NCBI GenBank assembly: GCA_050273025.1
Contig: CP158635.1
Location: 1,364,001 to 1,428,000 of the forward strand
Length of the DNA stretch: 64,000 nucleotides
Source: Cenococcum geophilum
Taxonomy: Eukaryota
Reading direction: 5' to 3'
The notes beneath the pieces were generated by a model. It was not told the DNA's origin, did no database searches, and was given only the letters and a program-made list of their open reading frames with translations. The position numbers were made by a program, and so were the translations under genes. Every line of letters starts with the position of its first letter. The first letter of the stretch is position 1. Shown in pieces: positions 28,001-40,900 of this stretch.

Positions 28001-31000
28001 GTTTCGGCCACTTGTTAGCCGAAAAGCTATATAGAGTCCTTAAACGCTTTAGACATAACGACGTTAATAGGAAGGTAATCGACCACCTAACTAAATACTG
28101 CTCCTTTTACTAGAAATACGGACGTTCCCTAGGCCGATTTAAGTTCACCCTTTATAAGGACCTTAACTTCAACCACTTAGTGTACGTGGATATTATATAT
28201 ATTAACGGCAGTCTAGTATTATATATAATTAATAAGGCAACCCGCTATTAAGCTGCCCGTTAGTTACAAAATATATCTATAAAATATACTTGGGATATCT
28301 ATAAAATATACTTGGGATATTTTATAGACTTACTGGATTAATATATACCTTAGACCTCCTGAGTATATTACCTATAACGCTAGTAGGAACTTTATTAGTA
28401 AGGAATTCCAATAGTATACTACGGCCATAGCTATCTCTATAAAAGCCGTTTTAGTTAAGGCGTATTAGTCCGTTAGGCTTATTAAGCGAGCTTACCTAGC
28501 TTTACGGAGAGCTTACTAGATTATTATGGACGAGTGTAAGGATATTTAAAAGGAACTGGCTTTATAGATAGCCGTAAAAGCCATTAACGACACCGCCGGC
28601 CCTAACGGACTAGTACCTACCCTTTTAGTTTACGGAGTTTACCTAAGGATAAGCAACCTAGGCCCTTCTGCCCCGTCTATTACGGAACGAGCAGCTGTAA
28701 TACGGAAGGTAATAGCCGAAATAGTTAAATTACGGGCTAAATAAGCTGTTAATAGCGCCCTATATTACCGTAACGGACCTAACACAACCTTAGTATATAA
28801 CCTCCCGCTTAATTCTAAAGTCCTTATATAGCGTAAGAGCGGTAATTAAACAGGACCTTATTATTTACTAGCTGTAGAAGACGAAACGTGCTGTATATAA
28901 CTCTCTAGCGGACTAACTAGGTTTAGAAGCACGTCTGTAAAACCCTATTTTTGGTCTAAAAACACCTATAACGTTAAGCTAGACGAACTAGAAGCACCTG
29001 CCGAATTAGGTAAACTAGAAATACCCGCTGAATTAAATAAACTGGAAGCACCCTTGCCTACCCTAGAGGTTCCCTAGAAACCTACTAAACCTACTAAACC
29101 TGTTGTAAAGCGTGGCCGAGGACGCCCCCATAAGAACCCCGTAATAGAGAATTATTTAACCTTCGTAGGTATATCCGTAAGGCAATCTCCACCTACAGAT
29201 ATATTAGTTCTAGTATAGGAAACTCCTTTTACGGACTTATAACGCAAAGAAATCAACGGACTACTTAAAAAGGGCGTCTTTACAATTATAACGGAGAGAG
29301 ACGTTCCGCAAGGCGTCCGTATATTTAACTTACGCTTTATTAACAAAATTAAGCACCCTAGTACTAATAAAGCCTTTAAAAAGTTAAGGCTTATTATATA
29401 AGCTTATAACGACTAGGGAAAGGACTTAGTCCTTATATAATTACCTACAATTTAACGGGTTAGTTAATAGATTATACTTACACTTATGCCTAGATTACAG
29501 CAAATTAAACCTATAGCCCTTTACTTACGGGACATTTTATAAGCCTATATACAGTCCAACATCTACCTAAGTAGGGATATCTTTATACGACTACCCCGTA
29601 AGCTTAACCTATAACTAGGAATAATTTTACGGGTTATAAAACCTCTATACGGAGTACCGGAAGCTAGAAACTATTAGTTTAAGACATACCACTAGCATCA
29701 CGTTAGTAAGCTTAAAATGGAACAGTCGACCTATAACCCCTGCCTCCTATACAGCCTATTAAACGGCCTTAGTATTGTTAAACTTTAAATAGATAATACC
29801 CTATTCCTAGCAGACCAGACCTTTACGGATACTAAAGAAACTAAACTATAAAAGGCCAAGTTCTTAGCAAAGCCGTAAGAGTAGTTAACTAAGTAGAGTT
29901 TAATTAAGTTTAATAGAGGCCTAATTATATAAAAGGGCAACCTAATTAAGCTGACTTAGGAACGCTAAGCTTAAAACCTAAAGCCTATTATAGTAAAACC
30001 TACGGACCTTACTAGTTCCCGCGGAGAGACCCGTAAAACCGTAAATATAAAGGACTAATATGCTACATAGCGTGCAAGAGGCGCCTATATTGCCATAGTC
30101 TGTTAACCTAAATCTGCCTATAATCTATCCTTTACGGCCTAGGCAGTAGACTCGTAAGAAGAAAATATTAAGCAGCTTAATAAGCGCATCTAGTGGCAAA
30201 TTAACAATGCAGTAAGGGGACTTACTTTTGTACCACTAGACCTAAATTCCCTTAGCCTACTAGTATTTACGGACGTATCTTTTACTAATAATAAAGACCT
30301 ATTATTACAAATCGGCTTTGTAATTGTACTTACAGACCGCAATTAGAACGTAAATATACTATATTAGTCTTTAATTAAGTGCAAACGAGTAACCTATAGT
30401 GTACTAGCTTCTAAACTATATGCACTAGCTTATGGATTTAATATAGCAGCCGCAATTAAATTAACGGTCTAGAAGATTCTATAACTAGAGTAGTTACCCC
30501 TGGTTTTATACACTAATTTAAAGTCCCTTTATAACTGCCTAGTTAAACTAGGTATAATACAAGAGAAGAGGCTTATAGTCGACCTAATGTGCTTACGTTA
30601 GGCTTATAAACGACGTGAGATTACAAAGGTTAAATGGATTAGCAGCGGAGATAACCTAGCAGACGCTATAACTAAGGCAAAGCCGTATTAAGCTCTTAAA
30701 ACCCTAATTAATACAAATAAGCTCAACCTAAAGGTTATAAAATGGGTAGAGCGAGACTAACGGAGTATTTATAGTTTAGTTACGGCCTATCGGAAGGCCG
30801 TACGGTGCATTTACGGCCCGTTAAAAGGCCGTACAGTTCATTTTACGGACCGTAAGCAGGACTTACGGCCAGCTTAGAGTACCATTTAGAAGGTAACCCA
30901 GAAGGCACCTTAGAAGGGATTTCCTATATATTTTCTTATGTGTTTTATAGTTCTATTAAGATAATTACGGAGGCTATATATAAGTGGTTTTATTCTCCAA

Positions 31001-31281
31001 GTACCGCTAGTATATAATTATAGCACCTATCGTACTAACCGTATGCTTATACGTTCGGTACGCCAAGTACACGTTTACGCGTTTAGTGTACTAACTACCC
31101 GCTTACGCGTCTGGTGCACTTCTAAAGCACTAACTAATTAGGGGGGGGGCGCATTAGTATATAGACTACGTAGTCTGCTTTATATAATTGACAGTCACTA
31201 TTATCTAAACGAGCATACAATACTATACGTATTTCGTGCCCCTGGATCTAACTTACTCGTGCTATTAAATTAGTACGAACA
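25006..31281 (+). mobile_element. Ty1/Copia LTR retrotransposon C (same family as B)
   Basis: LTRs at 25006-25276 and 31011-31281, TSD attct. Readable remnants include a gag zinc knuckle (CFICGKEGC), integrase HHCC region (RRFGH), RT (KPLYGVPEA) and RNaseH (ADAITK). Confidence 0.92.
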
Positions 31282-32015
31282 ATTCTATCTATAAGTAATA
31301 GGGGGTTTATAACCTTTACGGACCGTAATAGTGCTATATAGGGCTTAGAAAGTCTACTAAGGCGCTAGAATAAGGCCTTAAGGACTATAGTAAGTCTCTA
31401 AGTATTTAATAATTCGCTACTAAATACGGAGGTAGGGGTATTTTTAGCTTTAAGCAGCTCTTATAGTTATTTAATCTTAATATTAGCTACTACTAGCTCT
31501 GCCTAGGGGGTTAAAACATTAACTATTTTATTATTTAAGGTATTTAAAGGTCCTATAGCTGCTTTACTAGATGCTATCTTTCTTAGTATAGTAGTAGGGG
31601 TATTAAATAATTCTAGGTAAATTCTTTAGGGGTTTTAGTCTATACTTATCCTATTTTTAGGGTTTATATTCTTTTTATATTCTTTTTTAGTTTTAGTTTT
31701 TAGGTCTTAGTTCTTGTTTTAGTTTTTATCTTTAAATATATTTAAGTTCCTTCTTAGGAAGAAAGGGTGGATAAGCTTTAGATAATATTAGTAACTTAGT
31801 TAATTAAGGTATAAGTATAGTAAGAGGGACGCGCAAGCCTATCCCTTAACCCGGCGCGTATAGGTCGGCTAGACTACGCTAAAAGGTCGGCCTGATAAGC
31901 GAAACCTCCACCCACCACACCAAATCTAACCTTCTCTCTCTTACTTTGACCTTACCTTTTACCTCACCTTCTATTACAAATCTATTAAATACATTTAAAA
32001 TCTATTTAAAACACA

Positions 32016-33210
32016 ATATCTAGCACTCTAAAGAGCTGTATAAGCTATCTGTAACCCATTCTAAACATATTTTAACAGTTTAGGCTACCTATAAAGCCTA
32101 CCTAGAAATAGAGAGACTCCCTAAGGGAGTTAATGCTTTCGTTGTGGTAAGTAGTTCTAGATGTATTTAGAACACGTTCCTAATACAATACTAGCATAAT
32201 AATAAGGTGGATTTAACTATAGGGGAGGTTTTTTGTTAGTATAATGTCTCGCCTAATCTAGAGAATCCGGTACTGTATGGGGTAAGTAGATAAGTATATT
32301 AGGTTTATAATGCATTGCTAATATATTTATAACGCGTTTAGAAAAAGGTTAGAGATTATAGCGCCCTTAGAAACTATATAAAGAAGTATAGTATTAGAAC
32401 TAAGAATATTAGAAAAAGAGGGGCTCCTTCTATTAAAAAGTAAGAAAAAGTAATAGGTATATATTCTAAACGTGTTCTTAATATATTTATAACTAGTTAC
32501 TAACCCATTACAGCCTTCTATTCTATAATTATGGCTATATATAATTAGAACATATTAGGAACCGCTTTTAAATATAATCCTACTAGTCTAGGCCGCTCTA
32601 CTTCTGCCTAACCCCCCTATACCCCTACCCTGGCTCCCCCTAGCCGCCCTTCTAGGACTATTACCCCACAATTAACGGCTCCTATTTAAAAGAAAGTTAT
32701 ACCTATTAGATTTAAGAGTGGGCCTTAAAAAGGCGATATAAGATATTTCTAACGTATTTATAATATATTCTAATTTATTTCCTAGTATAACTTTCCTAGA
32801 ATGGTCACTCTACTTAAAGATTTAGGTGCTAAGGTTCTATATACTAAGTATTTAGACATAACTTCTAATTATAAGTTAATTTAGAACCCGTTTTAAACCA
32901 GTTAAAAATTTATTTTAAATTTCTTACAGCTTACTTATTTAAGGATTATCTTAATTAGAGCTACTTCCTTAATAATAGGTTAGATAATACTAAGACTCCT
33001 ACTCTAGCTCCTACTAAGACTTCTAAAAAGGGTTTAAAGAAGTCAGGTTTAAAAGGCTTAAAGGCTATAAAGAAAAAGGCTGCTAAACTTACTAGAATTA
33101 CGGAGGAGGATATTATAGTAGCTATGTTTCTATAGATAACCTAAAATCTAGTTATAACGTATTTATAACACGTTATAAATAGAATCTTATAGATAGAATT
33201 TAGACTTAAA
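32016..33210 (+). pseudogene. RIP-mutated, multi-intron accessory gene of the AT-TSD transposon; C2H2-like zinc-finger pattern
   Basis: Short exons between GTAAGT..YAG introns. They read GEVFC*YNVSPNLENPVLYG|KKVRDYSALRNYIKKY, which reverts by C>T/G>A to a C..C..LRxH..H pattern. Start and end are approximate. Confidence 0.55.
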
Positions 33211-34950
33211 TTTTAATAGGGTTTTATACCACTTTAGAATATGTTTATAATACGTTAGGTAGTAAAAATAAAAGTCATTAGTTAAATTATAATATCTATT
33301 AAATTTTACTAACTTTAGCTCTTTTTAATAACTCCCTTTATATATTTTATAATTCTAATAATTTAATTATAAATTAATTATTACTTAAATAAACCAATAA
33401 TCCTAAAGTAGGGAAGATATACTAGAGAAACAGGTGAAGAAAGCAAAAGAAAAATGGTGCTGCTTTAGGGCCTAGGCCCATATAGAGGAGGAAGGGAGAC
33501 GTGTAAGAGGCCAGCAAGGACAATAGTAAGAGAAAGAAAGGAGCTAAAGTAGAGTATAAAAGAATGCTAGGAAACTATCTACCATAATATAATACTGGCT
33601 AAACTAACGCTAAAGAGGTATATAGAAGTCGAAGGTACAGAGGTTAATTAAGGCAAGAGGAACCTAAGCCGTAGTATAGTTAACGCTATAGGGGGTAAAT
33701 ACTCTAGGGCTCTGAGAAGGCCTAACGAAGGTAGAAAATATAATAGTAATACTTTTAAGAATAGGAATAATAGGACTAAAAGACTAGCTCTAGTAGGTAG
33801 GTATTTTAGTAGGTAGCCTAAGATGTAAATATAGCTAGCTAAAATAGACACTAAAACACGTAATACTATTATGCTCCTTATGTACTAACTAAGAAGTAAT
33901 ACTCTTAGTAGCTGGCACAGAGAACTATAAGACACTGCTCTTAATATAAAAAGGCCTTAAGGCGGTTACCTAGTAGCTTATTAGCTAAAATATACTAAAC
34001 TAGTTCTGGGTTATAAAGGAAATAATAATAAAGGGCGGGGGGGCGAGTAATGGGCGCCCCCTAATAACTCTATAGTAGTAGAGTAAAGTATACAATACTA
34101 GCGCGTCCGTAGGCTTATTACGGCAGCAGTGGTTCCTAAGGAGATTAAAAAGTAAGGTAGTAGGAGCACTATAGGTGACTCGCAGGCGCCTTACAGGCGC
34201 CTTATAGGCGAGTCCTAAAAGGTAAAGAGATGGATTATGGGGTTTTCTCAAGTTAAGTCTTTCTTAAGTTAAGTTTTCTCCCTATATATAAATAAGGAGT
34301 AGTCCATGTGGGCCTAATAGGGATCTAAATCGGACGTTAAGCAATAAACTACTATTATTAATTATTACTTAAATTCTAATAAAATAAAAATCTTTATTTT
34401 TAAAAATAATATAATTATATAATTAAAAAACCCTTTTAAATTATATTGTATTATATAATTTTAAATAAATATTACTAACTTTTTAAAGTATATAAATTTT
34501 AAGCTAATATAATAATTATAAAAAAATTTAAAAATAGTTATTTAAATAATATATAAAATTAATTATAAAATTAATTATAAAATTAGTTAATATAAAACTT
34601 ATTATTTTATTTAATATATTTTAAATTAAGTATTAACTGATAACTTTCTATAGGTAACTCTATTTATACATATAAATAAGGCTTAAATATATAAATAGTA
34701 AATAGTAAAAAGTAAAATAATAGATTTTTATTAAATAGAATAAAGAGGTATTAACATTTCTTATAGTCTTTTTTTCTATTTTTTTTACTATTTAATAGTT
34801 ATTAGTATCTTAGTATTTTATTATATAACTATAAATTCCTAATTAAAAGATTTATAAATTATTAATATATAATTACTAATATATATTAAGTTGCTTAAAA
34901 TAGATATATATATATATATATAACTATAGCGCTATAGTCTAGAGGCTATA

Positions 34951-37900
34951 TATTACGGGACGGGGGCAGTGGCTATAAAGCGTATGTATTTAAGGAGTCT
35001 ATAAGACGTTGCGCGATCAATCGTAAGGGTCGAGGGCGTAAGGAGGTAATATACCTACGCGTAGCTGATATAAGCTATACGCGAGGTATATATAAGAGTA
35101 CGGGGCTCTCCTATAGAGGCCCCTGCGGTAGGGTTTTATAATACTACCCCCCCTCTTATAGAGGCGGAGCTCTAGCGACGCTGTAGTTACTATATATATA
35201 TAGAAGAGACACTTAAGGTATAGAAAAGAAGAAAAGGGGGGTATCGCTAAAGGCTTAAAATAACGTCATGTAATAGGGCTTGGTATCTAAAAATCTAACT
35301 AATTAGATAACTTTAACTGCTGGTTAAAGTTCCTGGACATCTTAACGATATTCTGGTTATATGACTGCACTTTATCGCAATCTAATAGTAATCTGACGGT
35401 AATTTACCCTTACGTAGTAATATATAACGGTTTAACTTTATAAGGGCTCCTATAGAGGATTAGGTATAAAGTCTCTGCTTAGGCCCAGTTTCTATAGGTT
35501 CGCGTAGTAAAAGTTGCTAATTAGATCCTTTGCATTTTTAAAGTCTTTCTATAGTTGCCATTCTAGCTAATCTATATTAAATCCTGTGTATATAGCTCTA
35601 TAGTAGAGCCGTTGTCCTCTGCCCTTGCTAAAGTATTTAGAGTTAATAATTTGTTTAACGGTCCACTCCTTATAGTTCTCGTCTTTATTCTTATCTTAGA
35701 TTAGTACTAATAGGGGTTTAGGCTGTGTCTGCCCTAGTAAGGGGTTGGGCTAATAGAGGTATAGTAGCCATGGGTGAAATATAGGCTATATCCCGCGGGT
35801 AGCTAGGGTAGGTAGGAGTTCTAGCTTATATACGGCTCCCCTATTAATAACTCGTTTAATTAAATAGGGGCTGAGGTTCTTATAATTAAGTGACTTTATA
35901 GGCCTCTGTATAGAGATATTATATATATCTAGCTATACCTAGTCGCCAACACGTATCTCTGGTGGTGGCGTTTTATAACAGTTAGCAAAGTAGGCCTGCT
36001 TTACTTAAGCCCAGGCCATTTCTCCCTTATAGTAGTTAAGTAGATTTTTTATATAGTCTGTATACTGGTCAGTAAGTAGTATCTTAAGGCGTTTTCTATA
36101 TGGCAGTTTCTTATTAATAGGTTCTGGTGGCTTTATACCGGATTGGGGGTAATAACCCTTGTTCGCGAAGAACGGGGTAAGTCCTATAGTGGTTAAGATA
36201 TAGTTATTCGCTATAAATTTACCTAGTAGGAGGTAATCTACCCAGTTATTTTAACTATAGGCGACTACTTATTATAGGTACGCTTTTATACTAGTATTAG
36301 CGTTTTCCGGTTACTTAGCAGTTTTATAATAAAAGGATATAGATATCTTAACAGAGATGCTAAGGCGTTAGTAAATTCGTCTCTATATATTAGAGTTAAA
36401 TTATATGCCTTAGTTGGACGTAATTAAGTTAGGTAGCCTATATAGTCGGTAGACTTCGCGAAGAAAGGCGTTAGTAACGTCGCTAACGGCTACACCTTTG
36501 GTTAGGACGTAGTGGTGCTCTTTTATAAGTTGGCATATTATTATAAGGATGTTCTTATAGGTACGGCCGTGTCGTTTATAGGGTAGTAGGTTAATAACAA
36601 AATCTATAGCGATATCTGCCTATTGTTATATAGGTACTAGTAGAGGGTATAGTAGTCCTTAGTACTTTGTATTAAAGGCCTTGGCGCGCTTATAACTATA
36701 ATAGGCGCCTATAAAGCGTTTAACTAAGTCTATTATTTTTAGCTAGAAGTAATATCGGCTAAGAAGCTTATAGGTTCCTCCTCTACCTAGGTGGCCGCTT
36801 AATTGGAGGTTGTGGGCCATTTAGATTAGTTGCCGTTATAGATTTTCTAAGTTAGGGATAAATAGGTGGCCTCTATAATAGAGCCTGTTTTCTTTTACTT
36901 TTAAGGCTACTATATTAATCTGGCCTAAGCTTTAGAGGTTAGTAGGTAGTATATAGGTGCTAGCGGTCTTTACGGCAATAAGTTAATACAGTAATAGGTC
37001 AATAGAGGCGTTATATACCGTAGTAATAAGCTTATTAATTTTGGGAGGTAACTCTAGTTTTATGGTATAAAGCTGGGGTATAGTTAGCTCTATTGTAGGT
37101 AGTATACCTAAGGCTAAATTTTATGCTTTTAGGATTATCTGTTGTTAGAACTAATTATAGGGGTTATTTTTAGACTAAGGAAGGTCTTGCAAGCGGCGTA
37201 TTAGGCTATTAGGTTTAGTACCTTATACTCCTAGTCTATATATAATTTTAAAGTTAAAACTAGAGAGGAACTCGTTCTAACGTGCTTGGCGTTAGTTTAG
37301 CTGCTTTATAGTTATAAAGTACTTAAGATTGCGATAGTCTGTAAGGACTTTAGTTGGCTGGTCAGGCTCTGCTAAGAAGAGTTCTAGTTAGAATTCTTTA
37401 AACGCTTATATAATTGTAAGGAGTTCTTTATTATAGATCTTATAGTTATACTCTTATAGTATAAGCTTAGACGAGTAAAATGTAACTAGGTAAAGGAGAC
37501 TGTTATCGCCTATCTGGGAAAGGATATCTGCGTTAATATGGTCTAAGGAGTCGGTTTTAAGGTAGAGTTATTATCCTAGTGTAAAGTAAGCTAGGATAGG
37601 TGCTTTAGTAAAGGCATTTTTAAGGTCTTAGAACGCCTTCTTATATTTAGGTATCTAGGTTGTAACGTGGCCCGCCTCCACGTCGCCATACGGCCAAAAA
37701 GACTGAGAGTGCTTGCGAACTTGTCGCAAGCGCGGCGGGACCTAATATATATACTCTTACAATTGCCCTCTCCTCTGCGCGCTCGTCCCCGAGCGCTCGC
37801 AGGGATTCCTCTGTGCGCCCGTTCGGGCCTCCACAGGGATCAAACGCCAAGAGTATCACCATATTAGTTAGTCCCCAGTAACGTAAGCGATCGGACTCAG

Positions 37901-40900
37901 CCGACCCGCCTCATCGCACGGATGCGTGTTAGACTGTACCAGAGCGAAGTGACCGATGGGGATCGAACCCACGACACCTGGCCCCAGTAAGTTCGCAAGC
38001 ACAATTGTAACGTGGCCCGCCTCCACGTCGCCATACGGCCAAAAAGACTGAGAGTGCTTGCGAACTTGTCGCAAGCGCGGCGGGACCTAATATATATACT
38101 CTTATATAGGTAAAGCGTAGGTACGTTTTTCTTCCTTTTATAGAAAGGCCCTTTATTTACATTATTGCTATAAATAGTGCTACTACGCCTAAGAAGTTGT
38201 ATATAAATTTCTAATAGAAGTTAGCGAAACTAAGGAAGGCTTATACGTCCTTAATGCAGTTAGGGGCTTACTATTCAGTAATTATATATACCTTCTTAGG
38301 GTTTATACGGATACCCTTAGTAGTAATAATTAGTCTAAGGTATTTTACTTCTATAACTAAGAATTTGCATTTCTTTAAATTAATATAAAGTCCTATATCC
38401 CTAAGGCGCTATAGGACCTTTTAAACGTATTCGGTATACTTAGAGGGGTTATCGCTATAAATAAGTATATCGTCTAAGTACGTAGAGCAGAAGTCGTTAA
38501 GGTAGTCTTATAAGGCGTTATTAATATAGCTTTAGAAGGTACCTGGGCCGTTATATACGCTAAAGGGTATAACGGTATATTTAAATTGGCTAAAGCGCAA
38601 TACGAATGCGGTTTTTTATTTATTACCTTTTCGTATTTAGAGATAGTTAAAGGCGGCGATAATATTAAGCTTAGTATAGATTTTGGCTTAACTAAGCCGC
38701 TTAAGGGTCTTACGTATAAGCGGTACTAGGTATTAGTTTTTAATTGTAATAGCGTTAAGTCCTCTATAGTTAATATAGAATTAAATACCTTCTCCTAGCT
38801 TCTTAGTAAGAAGGATAGGGGCAGCTGTTAGTAATATGCTAGGACGAATAAATCCTTTGTCAAGGTGCTTGTTAATATACTTTTTTATAACTAGAAGCTC
38901 ATCTTTTAATATTAGGTAGGGTTTCTTATAAGGTAGCATTTTTCCTTATTTAATGTTAATGGCATAATTATTAGGTTAATGTAGGGGGAGTATATCTGCG
39001 CTCTTTTGTAAGCATATATTGGTAAAGTTATAATACCTCTTAGGGAGGAGCTTGCGGAGTTCTTTATTAGTGAGTCCTTTTTTAAGCTTTATAAACTTCT
39101 TAAAGTCTAAAGGTAAAAGTCCGTAGAATTCCATAGGGGCGTCATCTTCTAAAAGGTCGACTATATCTATCCTATTACTGTAGAGGACGTAGTCCTGTTC
39201 TTTATTAAGCTTATATAGTTATAATTAGGAAGCTGTAGTAACGGTTTAGCCTTTCTTACATACTATGCGGTAGAAGGCTAGGGTACTTACGTAGTGGTAG
39301 TTGGTTATAGGTAGGGTAATAAGGGGTTCCTTGGGTTAATATCTTAGGGAGTAAATAAAGGTAGCTAGGCTATGCCCTAGGCAAGTCTCTCTATAGTATT
39401 TAGAGTTAAAGGTTACTTCTCTTTTCTTCTAGTTAATGGCGGGGTTATATTATTTAAGCTAGTTTATTCTAAGGATAATAGGGTAGTTGGTAAGTGGTAT
39501 TATATAGGCCTAGGGTTCTTTCTAGTACCTATTTATATCTAGGTGGAGTTATGCTATATAGGTAATCTTTTATACGGTGTAATTACCATTAGCAAGTTAT
39601 AGGGCGCGGGCTTTAGTAAGGGGTAAGGTAGGTAGGTTATAAGTATGTATAAATTAGGTATTTATAAATTTATTAGTAGCTCCGTAATTAATTATAGAAC
39701 GGCTTTTATATTATTTTTTAGTAGTAGTTCCTATTATAGGTAAAACTATCTATTTTTATCTATTTATCTTTATAGAGTTATCTATTAAGCAAGCCGATAT
39801 ATAGATCCCTCCGTTATTAGGGCGTCTTAACCCACAACTTAGGGCTAGGACTTAGCGTTTTCTATTTCCGTATCTAACTCTACTGCTATTACTACGTCTT
39901 TATCTTATACGGTAGTGGCACGTAGCAACATATTTAATATTTAGGGTATTAGGTTAGGTATTAGGCGGCGGCTACTAAACCTAGCTATTAGGTAGTTTGG
40001 GTTATCGCGATAATAGCCTTCTTAACGGCATCTATAGTAGCGTCCTAGTTTCCAGAGTAGCTTATGCTCTCTATCTAGGAGTTTCTATAGGAAGGTTAGT
40101 ATAGAGAAATCGATATTAGTTCCGGTAGTACTTAAGGTAGTAGGCGTTAGTGGCTTAGTATATATAGGTTTAGTAGGCCCAGGGGGCTTCTATAGAGAGA
40201 TCTTTAGGTAAGGGTTAGTAGTAGTAATCTAATTTAGTTGTCGTTTAATCTTTTATAGAGCTGCTACTATATTATAAACATTGTTATATTTATGGCTGGC
40301 GGCTGCGTAATTAAGGCGATAAGTAACTTTTTTAAGGAGGTCCTTTTAGTCTTTAGTATTGTCTCGGGCGAGGGCTCCGGTATATTCCTAAAATTTAATA
40401 TAAAATTCGTCGAATAATTTAGTAGGGCTTATCTTTAGGGCACGTAGTTTAGCTCGGTTGGTAGCTAATAGGTTATAGTCGCGGTATATTAGGTTAAGAT
40501 TATTAAGGACTTCTTAATAGGACTGCTACTTCTAGGGGCTACTAGTCTCCTATTGGGCGAAGAGTCTATTAAACAGTGTACCCTTTATTCGCCCGATAAT
40601 ATAGCCAATCTTAGTGTCTTCTATAGGAAAAAGGTAGGCGCTCTAAGTTAGTTTCTCGCGGATTTATATCTTCTAGTGGCTGTATTCCTTGCAGTCTCCC
40701 TAAAAGATTAGGGGATTAAAGTAGCGTATATTAGACCTTACGGTGGCAGTTTAGGTCCGATTATTATAGCTTTTATTATTACTGCTTTAGTAGGGGTTCT
40801 TATTAGGTGAAGCTGCTTAGCGCTAGCCCTTTATTAAGCGTTAAGTAGGTAAAGTTGCCAGGGGCGTAAAAACTTGGGTGGCGTTATATGTAGTAAAGAG

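Noticed and set aside
37930..37990. Intact tRNA gene
   Set aside because: Only a T-arm/B-box-like part is present; no acceptor stem, D-arm or anticodon arm could be built.
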